DNA from: Monocercomonoides exilis PA203 | Taxonomy: Eukaryota; Protista; Preaxostyla | DNA: 64,000 bases | Direction: 5' to 3' | Assembly (NCBI GenBank): GCA_001643675.2 | Contig: LSRY02000024.1 | Span: 310,001 to 374,000 of the forward strand | Part shown: one piece after another, positions 1 through 13,020 of the stretch | How positions within the stretch are numbered: position 1 is the stretch's first letter | How the letters are laid out: every line of letters begins with the position of its first letter | The notes under the pieces: model-generated | Told to the model about the DNA's origin: nothing | The model's database searches: none | What the model saw: the letters and a program-made list of their open reading frames with translations, nothing else | Made by a program: the position numbers and the translations under genes

Positions 1-2
1 AT

Positions 3-476
3 GTGCAAAGATATGATGATGTCGGAAAGTGATGCACAGAATCATTATGCGGACAAGGAGCGCGCATTATTGTTACAGAAATCGATCCAATATGCGCATT
101 ACAAGCATGCATGAGCGGATACCAAGTGATTACAGTTAAAGATGCCTTGCCAATTGCAGAAGTATTTGTGGCCTGCACTGGAAACAGAGACATCATCACA
201 GCTGAACATATGTCTAAAGTGAAGCATATGGCAATCGTTGGAAACATTGGTCATTTTGACGACGAAATTGAAGTTGGAAAGCTTATTGCATGGCCAGGTG
301 TCAAGAGAGAAACCATCAAGCCTCAGGTTGACAAATTCACATTCCCTGATGGACATTCAATCATTCTCCTTGCAGAAGGTCGTTTGATGAATTTGGGATG
401 CGCCAATGGCCACCCATCGTTTGTGATGTCCAACTCCTTCACAAATCTTGAACTTGATCGAGATGCATTGAAATGA
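3..476 (+). pseudogene. ahcY: S-adenosylhomocysteine hydrolase fragment, disrupted (5' part runs off the window)
   Basis: The frame reads [39 protein letters not shown]...CTGNRDII...[11 protein letters not shown]...IKPQVD...[26 protein letters not shown], which are SAHH signature motifs. There is an in-frame TGA at 30-32 in the NAD-binding GYGDVGKG motif, and similarity stops right after SFTN. Confidence 0.9.
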
Positions 477-1393
477 CGAAAATAATACCGCTCAAACGTT
501 TCCGATTCATTTGGAAATTAAAGGAGAGCTTTTCGCACTTCCATTTGAAAAGAGTTTTATTTGATACTTATTGTTAAATACTTAACTAAAATGACAATTA
601 GCCTTTTATTTTGTGAAGATCCATTCAAAAAATAACATTAAATTGCGAAAAAAAAATTCACATTCCTTTTTCATATTTATAAATTTGATCGAACGCGTTA
701 AGTTTAAATTGTGTTTTTCAGAACATCTTGTTTTTCAAAACAGATTGTTTTCATTTTTTAAATTTTGTGTTTCCTCCAAAATATAGATCATTCTTTATTT
801 TCATCCAAAAGTATGTACAAAATATAACTCATTAAAATAATTTATTTGTATTTTTTTCCTGGAAGACTCTGAAAAATATGTCAAAGAAAAATTATGCAAT
901 TTTCCGATTTGTACAATCTCAGGGAAATAAATCCCCATGCAAATGAGGTGTGTAAATTTTCATGTGGAGGCTTACAACTTATTTCCTACCAAAACATGAT
1001 TGATCGGGATGAAAATGAGACGAACGAAGAATCCAACAAATCCGAGGACAAGGAAGCCAGCTCCGGTGGCAAGAGCGATTTTAGAAAATTCTATTTAGAG
1101 AATATTAACATAAATCAGAATAAGAATAAATAACAACCTTTTGCATCTGGCTTTGTGCAACGATTCCAAAAGCGAACTGAATCTCTTGCAAATTTGCTCA
1201 ATGGTCCTGAAACTTTTCGAACTTGTTGTTCCATCTTCTAATAAAATAAATGACGTGCACAAAGAAACACTTTATCAAGCAATGAACACGACGAGCAAAC
1301 CCTCACAAATCAAGATAAATATCTTAAACAGTGGGAAAGATCAGTAATTCCTTTTTAATCCAATTCACCGTTGTGATTGCAGCAATTTGAAAT

Positions 1394-3593
1394 ATGACCG
1401 AAGCTGAATTAGAAGATAATATTTTGAAAGAATCAAGGAAAGCATTCCAAGAGAGAATTCACAAAGAGCTTTTAGTTAGCGAACAAATTCTTGATTTGGC
1501 TGCTTTTGATGCTGAATTCCAAGCAAAATCAAAAGATTTACAACCAGCACTTACATCAATGGCCTCAAAAGGTATTGTGGAATAGAACTTAATTTTTAGT
1601 GTCAGTCATATTTTTAACTTTTCAATATCTTTTATGAAAATATTCGAAGGCTTTATCACAACGCAATCAACTCAACAAACATTTTTCAAAATAACAGAGC
1701 TTGGCAATCAAATTCTTTCTGGAAAAGAAACAGATGATGAAGTAGTGTACAAATATATTGGATCTGAAGGAAAATTGGAAAAGGAAGCTAAAGATCATTT
1801 GAAAGGCCCAGTTTGATATTTATTCCAATTAAATCATCATTCTTTATTATTATTTTTCATTGTTTTAACGCAATATTACAGCTTATTGGTGTCTTGAATG
1901 GCCTTGTTAAAAAAGGTTATCTTATTCTTGATAAATCTGGAGAGCCTATCTTTGTATGAACGATACGCTTTTAAGTTTGTTGTAACTTTTATATTTTTTG
2001 CTGATTGCAGAAACAAGATAAGCCGTTTGTTGACGAATTGCGAGATATGATTGTTGCTTTTGACAAATCTCAGAAAGGACAAGGAGCTCCTCTTCCTCAG
2101 AAAGAGATTGATGGCTTAGTTAAGAAGAAATGGGTTGAAAAAGGGTAATGTTACTTTTTGAAATGAAAACAATTAATATTAATAAATTTTTGAAATTATT
2201 TTTTTTTTTTTTTTGTATTTGTCAAAAAAATAATGATGCATTTTTTAAAGAGCACGTAAAGTCATCAGTGTCTCGAAAGGACTTTCTTTCGACAGTTTCA
2301 CGACAGAAGAACAGAAAGTGCTGACAAACGACATGCTGCGAAACGGTGAATGGGCAAAGGGACATTTGAAGGAGAAAAAATTCACTGTGGCAAATGATGT
2401 TGTTCCATGGGGAAAATTGCATCCTCTGGTTGAGATGAGATCGCAGTTCAGAAGAATTTTCTTGAAATTGGGGTATGTTTTTTTTTTAAATCATTTTTTC
2501 TTTAAAATAATTGTGTTATGATTTTTCCTTGATTATTGAAAATTGCTCAAAATTTTGCTGTTTTAAATAAATAATTCGCAATTCTTTGCATCGCCAATAA
2601 ATCTTATTCAATCTCAGCTTCTCCGAAATGTTCACCCGCCGCTATGTTGAGTCCTCTTTCTGGAACTTCGATGCGCTTTTCCAGCCACAGGCACACCCTT
2701 GCCGTGATCTCCAGGACACATTCTTTGTTGCTTCATCTGACTGCAAAGGAGATAACACTCAATGCAAACAGACTGAATGTGCTGAGCAAGAGAAATGTGC
2801 TTCTTCCTCTTGCTCCTCGTCATCATCTTCTTCTTCTTCTTCCATCCCTGCCCCTTATGCCCCATATGACCTGAGCTCCGCATTGCCTTCTGTTCCTGTC
2901 GACCGCATTCGCGCTGCACACGAAAGCGGCGGTGCAGTTGCAGGAGGATCGATTGGGCTGAACTACCGATGGAGCGAGTGGGATGCAAAGAAGATGATTA
3001 TGCGCACGCACACCACAGCTATCTCCGCACGCACACTGGCCTCGCTCAACTCGGAGCTCCACAGGCACTGGGAGAAAGGAGAATATCTCGATCTGAAGGC
3101 AGGAGCAGCAGCTGAGGGAGGGATAAAGGAGTCGAGGCTGGTGAAGTTCTTCTCAGTGGATCGTGTGTTCCGAAACGAGACGCTGGACAAGACACATCTT
3201 GCAGAGTTCCACCAGCTGGAAGGGTTTGTGGTTGGGCGGAATCTTCACGTGGGCGATCTGATTGGGACGATCAAGGAGTTCTTTGCAGAGATCGGGATGA
3301 CACAGCTGAAGTTCCAGCCGACGTTCAACCCGTACACAGAGCCATCGCTGGAGATGTATGCGTTCCACCCGCTGCTGAAGGCGTGGATCGAGATTGGGAA
3401 CTCAGGCATCTTCCGAGACGAGGTGATGCGTCCGCTGGGATTGGGAGAGGATGTGAGAGCGATTGCGTGGGGATTGTCTTTGGAGAGGCCTGCGATGATC
3501 CAGGCGAATGTTTCAGCGATTGGGGATTTGTTTGGGTCTGAGGTGGATGTGAATTGGATTGAACAGAGTTGCTTGAAGATGCTTCATCCATAA
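1394..3593 (+). CDS. FARSA: Cytosolic phenylalanyl-tRNA synthetase alpha subunit, 6 exons (1394-1571, 1650-1810, 1882-1953, 2011-2144, 2251-2472, 2618-3593)
   Basis: Motifs GKLHPL, YVESSFWNFDALFQPQAHPCRDLQDTFF, RTHTTAIS, FSVDRVFRNETLDKTHLAEFHQLEG, FNPYTEPSLE, EIGNSGIFR and AWGLSLERPAM. Five GT-AG introns join the ORF fragments in frame. Confidence 0.95.
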
Positions 3594-3771
3594 GATTTAT
3601 TTTGATATTTATTTTTTTTTTTTTCATATTTTTTAAATTATCTATTTATTAAAAATTTTAATAACCGAAAAATTTTGAATTTTTTCGAAAAGTAATTCTA
3701 TGTAAATATTCATAGAACTTGATCATCAACATGTTTTTGTTGGCCCGTTAGTGGTTAAACGTAAATAATAT

Positions 3772-3940
3772 TAGGGACGAAATATTTTGCTTTATGAATT
3801 TTGTTCCATTCAACTCAAACAAATATTTTTCTCAATTTTAGAGTTTTTCTGTATTTTTTGACATGGGAATGTAAGACTTATTATGATATTTTTCCAGAAG
3901 ATGTTTGGAACAAATCGTTGTTTATTTCATAAATGAAATA
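3772..3940. repeat. Dispersed ~165-bp repeat, copy 1 (copy 2 at 42343-42508); possible transposon end
   Basis: GGGACRAAATATTTTGCTTTA...TTTGTTCCATTC...CAAACAAAT..TTTTCTCA...ATGGGAATG...TTTGGAACAAATC...TTTCATAAATGAAA aligns co-linearly with the second copy. This copy starts TA-GGG, like the pogo ends. Confidence 0.7.
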
Positions 3941-4442
3941 ATTATGCACCATTTGAACAATCTGATATCAAAACTTTGTGATTTAGTGAGTATTTTTTGA
4001 GTACTGGAGATAGATATATGTCGATTGAAGAATTGTATTATTAGCCCCAAATGTTGATTTGGATGATGCATAATGCAGATAGGGAGAATGTTCTTATTGA
4101 CGAATTCGGAAATATGTCTATTTCATGTATTATAGATGATATTTTGATTTATAAAATTTCGAAACTGATTATCAAAAAATAATATAATTAAATGATTATC
4201 CAAAGAATTATTCTTGATAATTTGGAGAATTTTTAAACATCTGGAGAGCATCATTTGTCAGTCTGGAGAAAATGCATTGAAACATAAAATATTTTCCAAC
4301 CGAATAATCTGCAAGAAATATTTGGCATCTTCCAAGAAGATAAATGGAAGGAAAAGCAATTGAGACCAATGACAGTTTGAATTTTTTTATTTTTTTATAA
4401 AAAAATTCGGACAACTTTTTGAAAATGTGGAAATTTTCACGA

Positions 4443-4704
4443 ATATGTAATATTCTTTTTGAAAAATTGCAAATGTTTTTTTTTTCTGACTCAATTCGAA
4501 AACAATATTGTTTTCAACAGTATTATGTTGCAAATACTTCAAACATTGAATTGAAATAACTGTTACAAATCAATATTATAAACTTTTAATGGATAGAATT
4601 TTGCTCATAAATGAGGTGTTTGTTGCGAAATCAGAAAAAAATTAGATATTATAATAATACGAAATAATTGACAGTTGCGACTTTTCAAATAGAATTACAA
4701 ACAT
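4443..4704. mobile_element. MITE-like element M1 of the ATATG-terminal family (degenerate)
   Basis: Left end ATATGTAATATTCTTTTTGAAAAATTGCAAA and right end TTGCGACTTTTCAAATAGAATTACAAACAT are imperfect inverted repeats of the family consensus. Confidence 0.6.
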
Positions 4705-5451
4705 TTCAATCATTTTGTTTGACTAATAATTTCAAAAATCCAGCAGATGAACACAATTGAGCATTTCAATAGCAAAAAAAGGACCTTGCAATTCGTTTTG
4801 TTCAATCATTGTTTTTAGTGAGTCTCGAAAAGGAATAAAACTTGACAATACTTTTTATCCAAACAAACGTATTAAATATTTTATAATTATGCAGATCAAA
4901 AAAAAAATGTGAGATTTGTGTGATAATTGTCGAATCATGTTTTTTTCAATGAAAAACACCTCTTCTAATAAAAATAACCTTTGATCAATCTACATATCTA
5001 TAACTGTTGTGATTTCTACAACAAACACCTAAATTGCATTCATTTATATATACAGAAAATTAACATTTTTCCTCTTGAGATCTGAAATATTTTATCAAAA
5101 AAATTCAAAATGAAAAAAAAAATTGTTATTTGAAATTCTGTTATTCCAAATCTGAAAAACCATAGACGAATAACAAATGATGCAATGTCAATGAAATTCA
5201 CATCATTGAACAATTTACAATTAAGAAAAACAAATAATTGTTCCTCAAGATCTAAAAATTTAAAAATCTCATGTGGGACGAAAATTTTTTTTTTGAATAA
5301 TGATCCACACTGTTTTTTCGAAGATTTTTCTCAACTTTTCAGCATTTGAATATTCAACATTGCACTAAAATGTCAGAATAAAAATTATTCGATTTTAGAA
5401 AAAGAATGGAATTAATTATTGAATTTTACATAAATGCAAAAATTGAGACCA

Positions 5452-5702
5452 ATATGTGTAATTCTTTTTGAAAAGTCGCAAAAGTTAAATTTTCAAATTA
5501 ATCAAAAATTTCATATTTTGCTCAAATTTCTGTTTCTACTAACGAATCTTCTAAAGAATGTTTGAAAAAGCATTATCAAGATATTGATTCCAAGTTTTTG
5601 TGAAGTTTGGTTGATGTTAACAAAAATTTGAGCAAAATATGGAATTTTTGATTTATTTGAAAATTAAACATTTGCGACTTTTCAAAAAGAATTACCCATA
5701 TG
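5452..5702. mobile_element. MITE-like palindromic element M2 (~250 bp, ~80-bp TIRs)
   Basis: ATATGTGTAATTCTTTTTGAAAAGTCGCAAA...CATATTTTGCTCAAATTT pairs with AAATTTGAGCAAAATATG...TTTGCGACTTTTCAAAAAGAATTACCCATATG. Confidence 0.85.
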
Positions 5703-6408
5703 GACAAAATTTAACTTTTTTGAAAATACACCATGATTTATTCCAAACTTTTTCTGCTTTTTATCAGATTTAGTCTAACGTTTTAGTACAAAAATTTTTT
5801 AATAGATTATACATTGAAAACAGAATAAGATTCAAAAATGAAGGGGGAACAAAATTTAGAGAGCTAAAAATTTCTTCTCAAAAAATTTAAAGTTTCCATT
5901 ATATAAAAATTCCTTTATTTCGAAAAAAAAAAACGTTAACAACCAAAAGTTTTTTCAAAAAACACAAAAACAAAAAAACAAATTACTAATGAAATTACCA
6001 AAACCTATTAAAAACATTAACACTCACACTGAAAACCATTGGGTGGGTTTCAGCAGTAAGTAAGCAAAAACATATAAAGTTCTTATAAAGAAAAAAAATT
6101 TCATTAAACAATTGACTCTATACAGATTTTGTGAAATCTTTCAAAAGTCAAAAACGAATATTTAACAATAATAAATATAATAAATACTCTAATTATTTAT
6201 AAAATTCCGTACAAAAGAAGTGAATTCGATATACAATTCACACTGAAACAAATAATTTGAAGCACAATTGTTTGGGAAAACTTCTTGGCCACAATCCCTT
6301 TAAAGTACAAAACTTATAAAACTGAAAAAAAATAAAAATACACACACACACAAAAAAAAAGAATGATAAGAGCGAGTTACATTATTTACAAAAAAAGCTC
6401 TTTTCAAT

Positions 6409-9400
6409 TCATAATAAGCTTGACGAAAGAGGTTCATTCATCATTGCTTCCAACTCAACAATATACTCATTATTTTTCTCTGTTCTCTTGTTCTTTTTTG
6501 AAGAGTCATGAAACACTGTTGTCACTTTTTTCTGCACTTTTCTTCCACATGGCCAGTCGATGTTCATCAATGTTTCAAATACTGGCAAAACATTTCCAAT
6601 ATATCCGAAATACACAAAAGTCCCTCCAAGAGATGAAAGAATCATAACTCCAGAAACTTTCATTGATCTTTGGGTGACAACAACAGTTTTATCCAGTTTC
6701 AGTTTGATATTCACACCAAATCCCATGCTGTAATGCAAATCTTGGTTTGTTGCAGTCGAACCATTTTCAAAAGAAATGTGGTTAATGAGATGGCCATCCT
6801 TTTTTGGAACAGATCTGAAAAACACATTTTGCCGGAAAATAGAATTGACCAGCTCCAACGTTATGTTTGTGGGATGATTGCCACTGTAAACACTATCATT
6901 GCCACTGACTGTGAGTTCTTCAATCGAAGAATAATAATTTTTCGAGTCAAACAATAATCTGTTCTCTTTATTTTGTGCAAGTATGGCCGAGTCAACAGAT
7001 GCAAAAACTTTTATTGCACGACAAGTGGCTTCTCTTTCAGACGAAAACATTGAAAAGAAAGCGGAATAATAATCGTTCACTGGGAAATCTATATTGTTTG
7101 CATTAATTGAAATTAAGCAGTTTTTCGTTGTCGGATAAAAACTGTTGCCAGATTCGCTTTCTGTGCACGTTGGAGAGAATTGCAGCTTGACATAATCACT
7201 TACATCTGAGAAATACATACATACATACAAACATACATAAATAAATTAATCAAAAAATGAATCAAAAAAAAAAAAAAAAATAAAAAAAAAATACAAAATA
7301 AAAAAAAAATACAAAAAAATAATTAAAAAAAAAATTCTACTAAATTTAATCCGTTACAAACCAAATGGATTGAACACAGTTTTTCCAAAACCCAATTTTT
7401 CAGAGCATTTTGAGTCTTTTACACATTCGCCAGAGTAATCCATCAGTGTAAGATCAACTCTGAAATTTGTACTTTTTATTTTTTTCAATTGAACATTTTC
7501 TTCCGAAGTTGCATCAACAGTTGTTTTTGTTTCAATAATATTGAATAATGCTATTCCCAAAATGTTAGAAATTATTGCGCCCAACACAAAAAACATGCCC
7601 ACAATCGAAATAAATCCTCCAAAGGTTGTCTTTTTGACCTGCTTGATAGTCTTATGCGTATTGGGATCAAGAGAATCAACGTACTTGTTCGAATAACCAT
7701 CGAGCTTCCACAAATACTTTTTTGATGGCAAGCAGAGGAGAATAAAAGCAACAGCAGCACCTATGCCTATTGAAGCAATATATGAAACCAAATTTGCTGT
7801 GAGCTCAGAAGAAGATGATATTTGATACAATTCCGGTTGTTTTGTCTTTGATGGATCATGAGAGGGATATGTGTTGTTATTTGATGCCGAACCCATTGGG
7901 CAATAATGGCCTTTTGTGCAATTTTCAAATGCCAAAGAATTTGTTGAGTTGCTATATGTTCCAGAATTAACAGGAACACAACCATATTTTCGAGAACCAC
8001 GTAACGTTCCAAATGTTCCTTTTGGACACGGATCACATTGACCATTGCTATACTCTTCAGAATACCAACCAGCTTTGCAAAATTGACATTCTCCATTTTC
8101 ATCCTGATAAGAACCCGGGGCACACTCAAATGCGTCATTTTGAAGTTTGAATATTCTCAAGGAATCATATGCAATTTCCGTGACGATACGATTTTCACTG
8201 ATCTGTCTCCCACCAAAACAGAAAACTTCTCGCTTTTGAACAGCACATCCAGCTTCAACAACATCAAGATGCTTTCCATTTGCAAGAAATGTTCCATCAT
8301 CTTCGATCACATTTGCTGTTCTATTTTTGTTGATTTTGACAATCTTGAATGTGTCCATTGCTCTGCCATCGTTCATCCCTCCAAACATCAATACTTTATC
8401 ATCTAATGGCAATGCATTCCCATCTTGATGATGATATGTGAGGACAAATTCTCTGTCAGCTTTTATGCCGTTAGAAGCATTGTGACTTGGATTCTTCATT
8501 GCGTAGGCAAACGGTATGCAACTAAAACCATGGAAAGGAAAAGCTCCTGCCATTCCACCAAGATAAACCACATTTGGAGATACAGGTTCTTCGTTTTTTG
8601 TTCTCAAGTTTCGATTATTATTAACTTTTGTTGAATCAAAATTATCTGGACAATTTTTTTTATATTCATCACGCTCTTGATTTTGAAATTTTCCTTCGTT
8701 TTTCGGATCTATCATGTCCATAACAAAGGCGCTGGGGCGATAAAATGGCGAGTTCAGAACTGAAGCACCCCATGTATCTATTTGAAAGTTAAATATAGAA
8801 ATAATTGTATATTTTGTTCCATAACTTGTTCGTCCTCCAATAACAAATAAAAAATCCATGTACATTTCCATTGCTGCTCCATACACAGGAACAGGCTTAT
8901 TAATTGAATTCTTTCCCAACTGTTTCCACAAGCAAGTTAAAAATGTAAATTCCCACAATTCATTTGACGGCTCCACTTTTCCTGTTTGTGGATTCGGCCC
9001 CAAGCCTCCAAATATTAATAACCTTCCATTATCGTGACAATATGAAGCAAGCTCCCTTGCTGGAGGAGTTTCTGAATAAACAGCAGGAATAACTTTGTTC
9101 CACTGATTATTAGTTGGTCTCCATAAATACATATCATTAAATATTTCTCCAGTTTCAGGGTCACGACCACCATAAACGAAATATGAATCTCCTCTTGTTC
9201 CCACAATTGGGTTCACACGCGGAGAAGGCGCATAGCCGTTCACTTTGATAATTGAAATAAATGGTGACAAAAACTCATCTGATGAAGATGTTGAGTTGCA
9301 TGCTTGTGAAGAACCGTGTTTGTCAGACTTTTCCAGCGAAGAAACAGTATCACCATAAGCAAATAACTTTTGATGAAAATTCGCTCTTCTTTCAATTGCT

Positions 9401-10515
9401 TTGTCAGAATAAATATCATTTTCTATATGATTGATTGACAAATCCTCTTTCATAACAGAAATGAAATCAGCGTTCACATCAATCATCGTTCTTCCTCCAA
9501 AGATGAAAAGATTTCCTTCGTTGTCTGTTGCACATGTGCAATCAAATCGATACATTTCCATTTTTTCTAATGATATTTCTTTGAAATAGGCTATTGATGG
9601 ATTATTTCCACTCTTAACAACTTCACTGAGATCAAGAATTAACAATACATTGAAGAGAGTTAATATGCCATTTGCCTGTTTTCCTCCAAAAATGTATGCA
9701 AATGCCTCATTTGGAGAAGAGAAAGTGGAGTGCCCAAAATTGGTCCGAGAGTCAGGAATGTAGCTCTCATTCCCATTCTTATCTTGTATTTTCACTTTTT
9801 CCCAAGATTGAGAAGCAACGTTCAAGTTAACTCTGAACATCTTCAATTTAGGAATTGTATTTCCGCCTGGGTTCCCTCCATATACGACTGCATATCCATT
9901 TGAAACTATCATTCCAGCACCGAAACATGGCTCAGGAGCATCTGCACTTGTAGATATGTTCAGTTTTGTCCATTGATTTGCTCGAGTGTCATATTCCCAC
10001 AGATCATTCAGAAGGCCTGATGCACCGATTCCTCCAAAAATATATAACCTTTCCCCATCCGTTGCATATGCCATTGATTGTCTTGCTTCTGGAACAGTTT
10101 TTCCTTCATCCACTTCTTTCCATTCTTTTGATGAAAAATCAAATGCCCAAAGAGCGTTTGAAAATCCACTATCTTGCCACCCACCCCAGATGAAAAACGT
10201 GTTATTCACTCTGAATTGAGCAAAATTCTTAACCAATGGCTTTTTGCTTTCCAACGGCAAGTGCAAGCGCTTTATGTGCAAAGGATGAAACTCAACAATG
10301 TAAGCATCCGTTAATATGTGGTCATCATATGAGACACCTCCGTAGACGAATAAGCTATCTTTTCCATTGTTTGTAAAAAACTGGACAAAAGAAGAATAAC
10401 GAGGATTAATTTGACTGCCATATGCAGGAAATGTTTCCACAGATTTCACAATCTGCTTTTCTTCATAACAACAAGCATATTTGATGCAAAACAAACCAAA
10501 TAAAACTCCAACCAT
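6409..10515 (-). CDS. Kelch-repeat / ephrin-receptor-like Cys-rich membrane protein with 3 predicted TM helices; 2 exons (10515-7362, 7205-6409)
   Basis: Hydrophobic signal peptide; about 11-12 kelch repeats (xxFGG/YGG...LW); C-x-PG-x-Y Cys-rich repeats (CAPGSYQ, CKAGWYS, CPKGTFG, CTKGHYCPMGS); TM segments IASIGIGAAVAFILLCL, FGGFISIVGMFFVLGAII and VMILSSLGGTFVYFGYIG. A phase-1 GTTTGT..TCAG intron joins NPF to DVSDYVK. Confidence 0.85.
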
Positions 10516-11200
10516 AATTTTTGATCTGATATATAAAATAAAACAGATTGAATTTAAAAATTAAAATTATTGAAATGTTTAATTGGAACAATATCGGTTA
10601 TTCAAACATCACGCAAGAGGCAAGCAAAACCTGATAAAGTGTATTACGAAAAAATTGCAAAATGATGAAAAAAGATAATTAGATAGATAAGGAATATTTT
10701 CAATGAATTAATTCAAGAAAAAAAAAACTGTTATTATCAGGTTAGAATAATTTTCTTTTTCATATTTTTTCAATTGAAACTTATTATTTTTAAGCTTTTA
10801 ACCTTTTTCACATTCATTGGAAACCTGACGATGATCGCAAAACACGTTAATCACTTGTATTCCATTTATTTAAAATTTTAAAAGATTTATTCGCTTCAAT
10901 TTTGACTCAATGATTTCGTATAAATGCATATTTACATGTGTTTTTTTTAGTTATCTTTCTTTGATTAAACAATCCATTCTTTCATTTGAAGCTTTTAAGA
11001 ACAGCTTTTTCTTCATATATCTTTGCTAAATATTTTCATTTTCAAAACGATGGTTCAAATACTGATGTTTTAATGGAAACTATAGAAGATCAAGCCAATT
11101 AATTTTACCAAATATGTGCGAATTCACTTTCATTAGGGTGATTATTTTTCCAAGCAATACATTTTCAAAAAGCAGATGATGAGGGTCACAGAAATGTTCA

Positions 11201-12582
11201 ATGGTTGGCACTCATTCTTGCTTTTGAGTTCTTGATTATTGAATTTCTCTCAACATACTTTTTTCGGAATTGATTCATGAACTGGAAGATTGCTCTGATG
11301 CCGAGCGCAAATAGAAAATCGAAGAAAACGATGACATCGACGATTGAATGAATGAACAAGATTTTTCGATCTTCATTTTTGAGCTGTTTGGAAAAATACT
11401 GAAAATGATTGAGGAAAAGGAAATAACTTTGGAAAATGCAATTTTGTTGATGAAATATGTGGGATATAACAGCGATATAAAAAATGTATAAATTTTTAGC
11501 TTCGGCTGACCTTCGCTGAATAAAAGATTTGAGAACATGATTATTGAAGAAGAAAAGAAAAAAGAAGAAAGGAATGAAAAGCTTCTTGTTGATCTTTGCA
11601 AATGCACTGTTTTGCTTTACAGAAAGTATTCTTCGGAATTGTTTTCAATTTGCGTGTTCCGTCTTTTCAAAGCTGCTTTGAACAAGGAGAAAAACGAAGA
11701 AGCATAAAAAGAAGTGGAAATGGCTTTATTGACTTTAAGTTGTACTAAATCTAGTGTACGAACATTTGTAATTATTTTTTGATATGCTTTTGAATTGTTT
11801 TTATTATTATTTTTATCTGTTTTTGAGGCATAGATTGTATTTGAAAGAAATATCAGAAATCATCAAATATCATCAGGAACATTTCCATCTGACACAGCTT
11901 GCGTATCAGTCTGCTTGGGACTTAATAATAGGTCGATTATTAATCCCTGAGCATTTGGAAAATGTCATTGCGAATGAGCTGCATTTTGCGAGAGATGCAA
12001 CAAAAGAGTTGGAAGCGCTGATTAAATGCATGGATTGGAAGAGAGGAAAAGGAGAGGAAAAAAGAAAACAAAAAACAAAGAAGAGTTGGTTTATTTCGAT
12101 GGCCCCAAACGTTGGGAACATTCTTTTTCCACTGGAGATTGCGGAATGAAGAATGCGTTGGGCTTATCAGCAGCGTTGTTCAGGTATTTCGAGCATCAAA
12201 GGATGATAATAGAGAAATTAGCGACAAGTGTATTTTCTGCATGGGATGTGCAGCAGAAAACAGAGTTGTCGAAAATGAAGACTTGCTGAAAATTGGAGCA
12301 GTTGATCTCATTTTGGAGGAGATGCAGGGGCCGACGTTGGATAACTATTTTTTGGAGAGACACATGAAATGCCTTTTTGAAGATTTCAGAAGATTGAAAA
12401 ATGAGGAGGACTATGAAAACGAAGAAGAAAAAAGAAAGGCAACGAAAAGGAAGGTTTTTGATAAGATGGAAGAAGAAGGATTCGAAGATTGCATCATTGG
12501 GCTGTGCCATTACATTTGTCTCGGTGAATTTAGGTATTTTAGTTTGTTTGAGAATTATCCAGATTATTTTGTGTATTTGTAA
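11201..12582 (+). pseudogene. Lineage-specific multicopy helical (ARM-like) protein family, copy 1, disrupted
   Basis: Family motifs ENMIIEEEKKKEERNEKLLVDLC, EIIKYHQEHFHLTQLAYQSAW and KVFDKMEEEGFED. Several in-frame stops (including TAA 11705-11707) and a frameshift near 12060-12110. Confidence 0.8.
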
Positions 12583-13020
12583 TTTGTCTGCAAAAACATT
12601 CACTTCATCTTTTTGTATTTCCATTTTATTATTTTTTGTGTGAAATGCTCATTCACTCGAGAAAAAAAAGGAATTATGACTTGAAAAGTGGATGAAAATG
12701 TTTTCTCAAAAAATATCAAGAATTTTCAAGAAAAATGAACAAATCAAGAAAAGTGTAAAATTATAAATAAGGGGGAAAAAATCCATAGCAAAAGAATCAA
12801 TCCTGCTGAAATTTTCTGTTTGTGCTGTGAAAGAAAAAATTAACAACTCCGAAAAAAACAAAAAAACAATTTGATATAAGCAAAACGCATTCGATAAAAA
12901 ATCTCAAGGATTTCAAAGCTAATAATTTCAAAACAAAATAATGGAGGATAAGGAACACTGGTTTGCTATTTCACAGTTCATCTGATTTTTGAGTTACAAA
13001 GTGAAATGCATCTGATTTCC

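Noticed and set aside
894-1347. Short ORFs upstream of PheRS
   Set aside because: No recognisable motifs or consistent exon chain.
6028-6060. Hairpin downstream of the kelch gene as a SECIS element or terminator
   Set aside because: It lacks the AUGA/GA quartet geometry, and the gene has no in-frame TGA.
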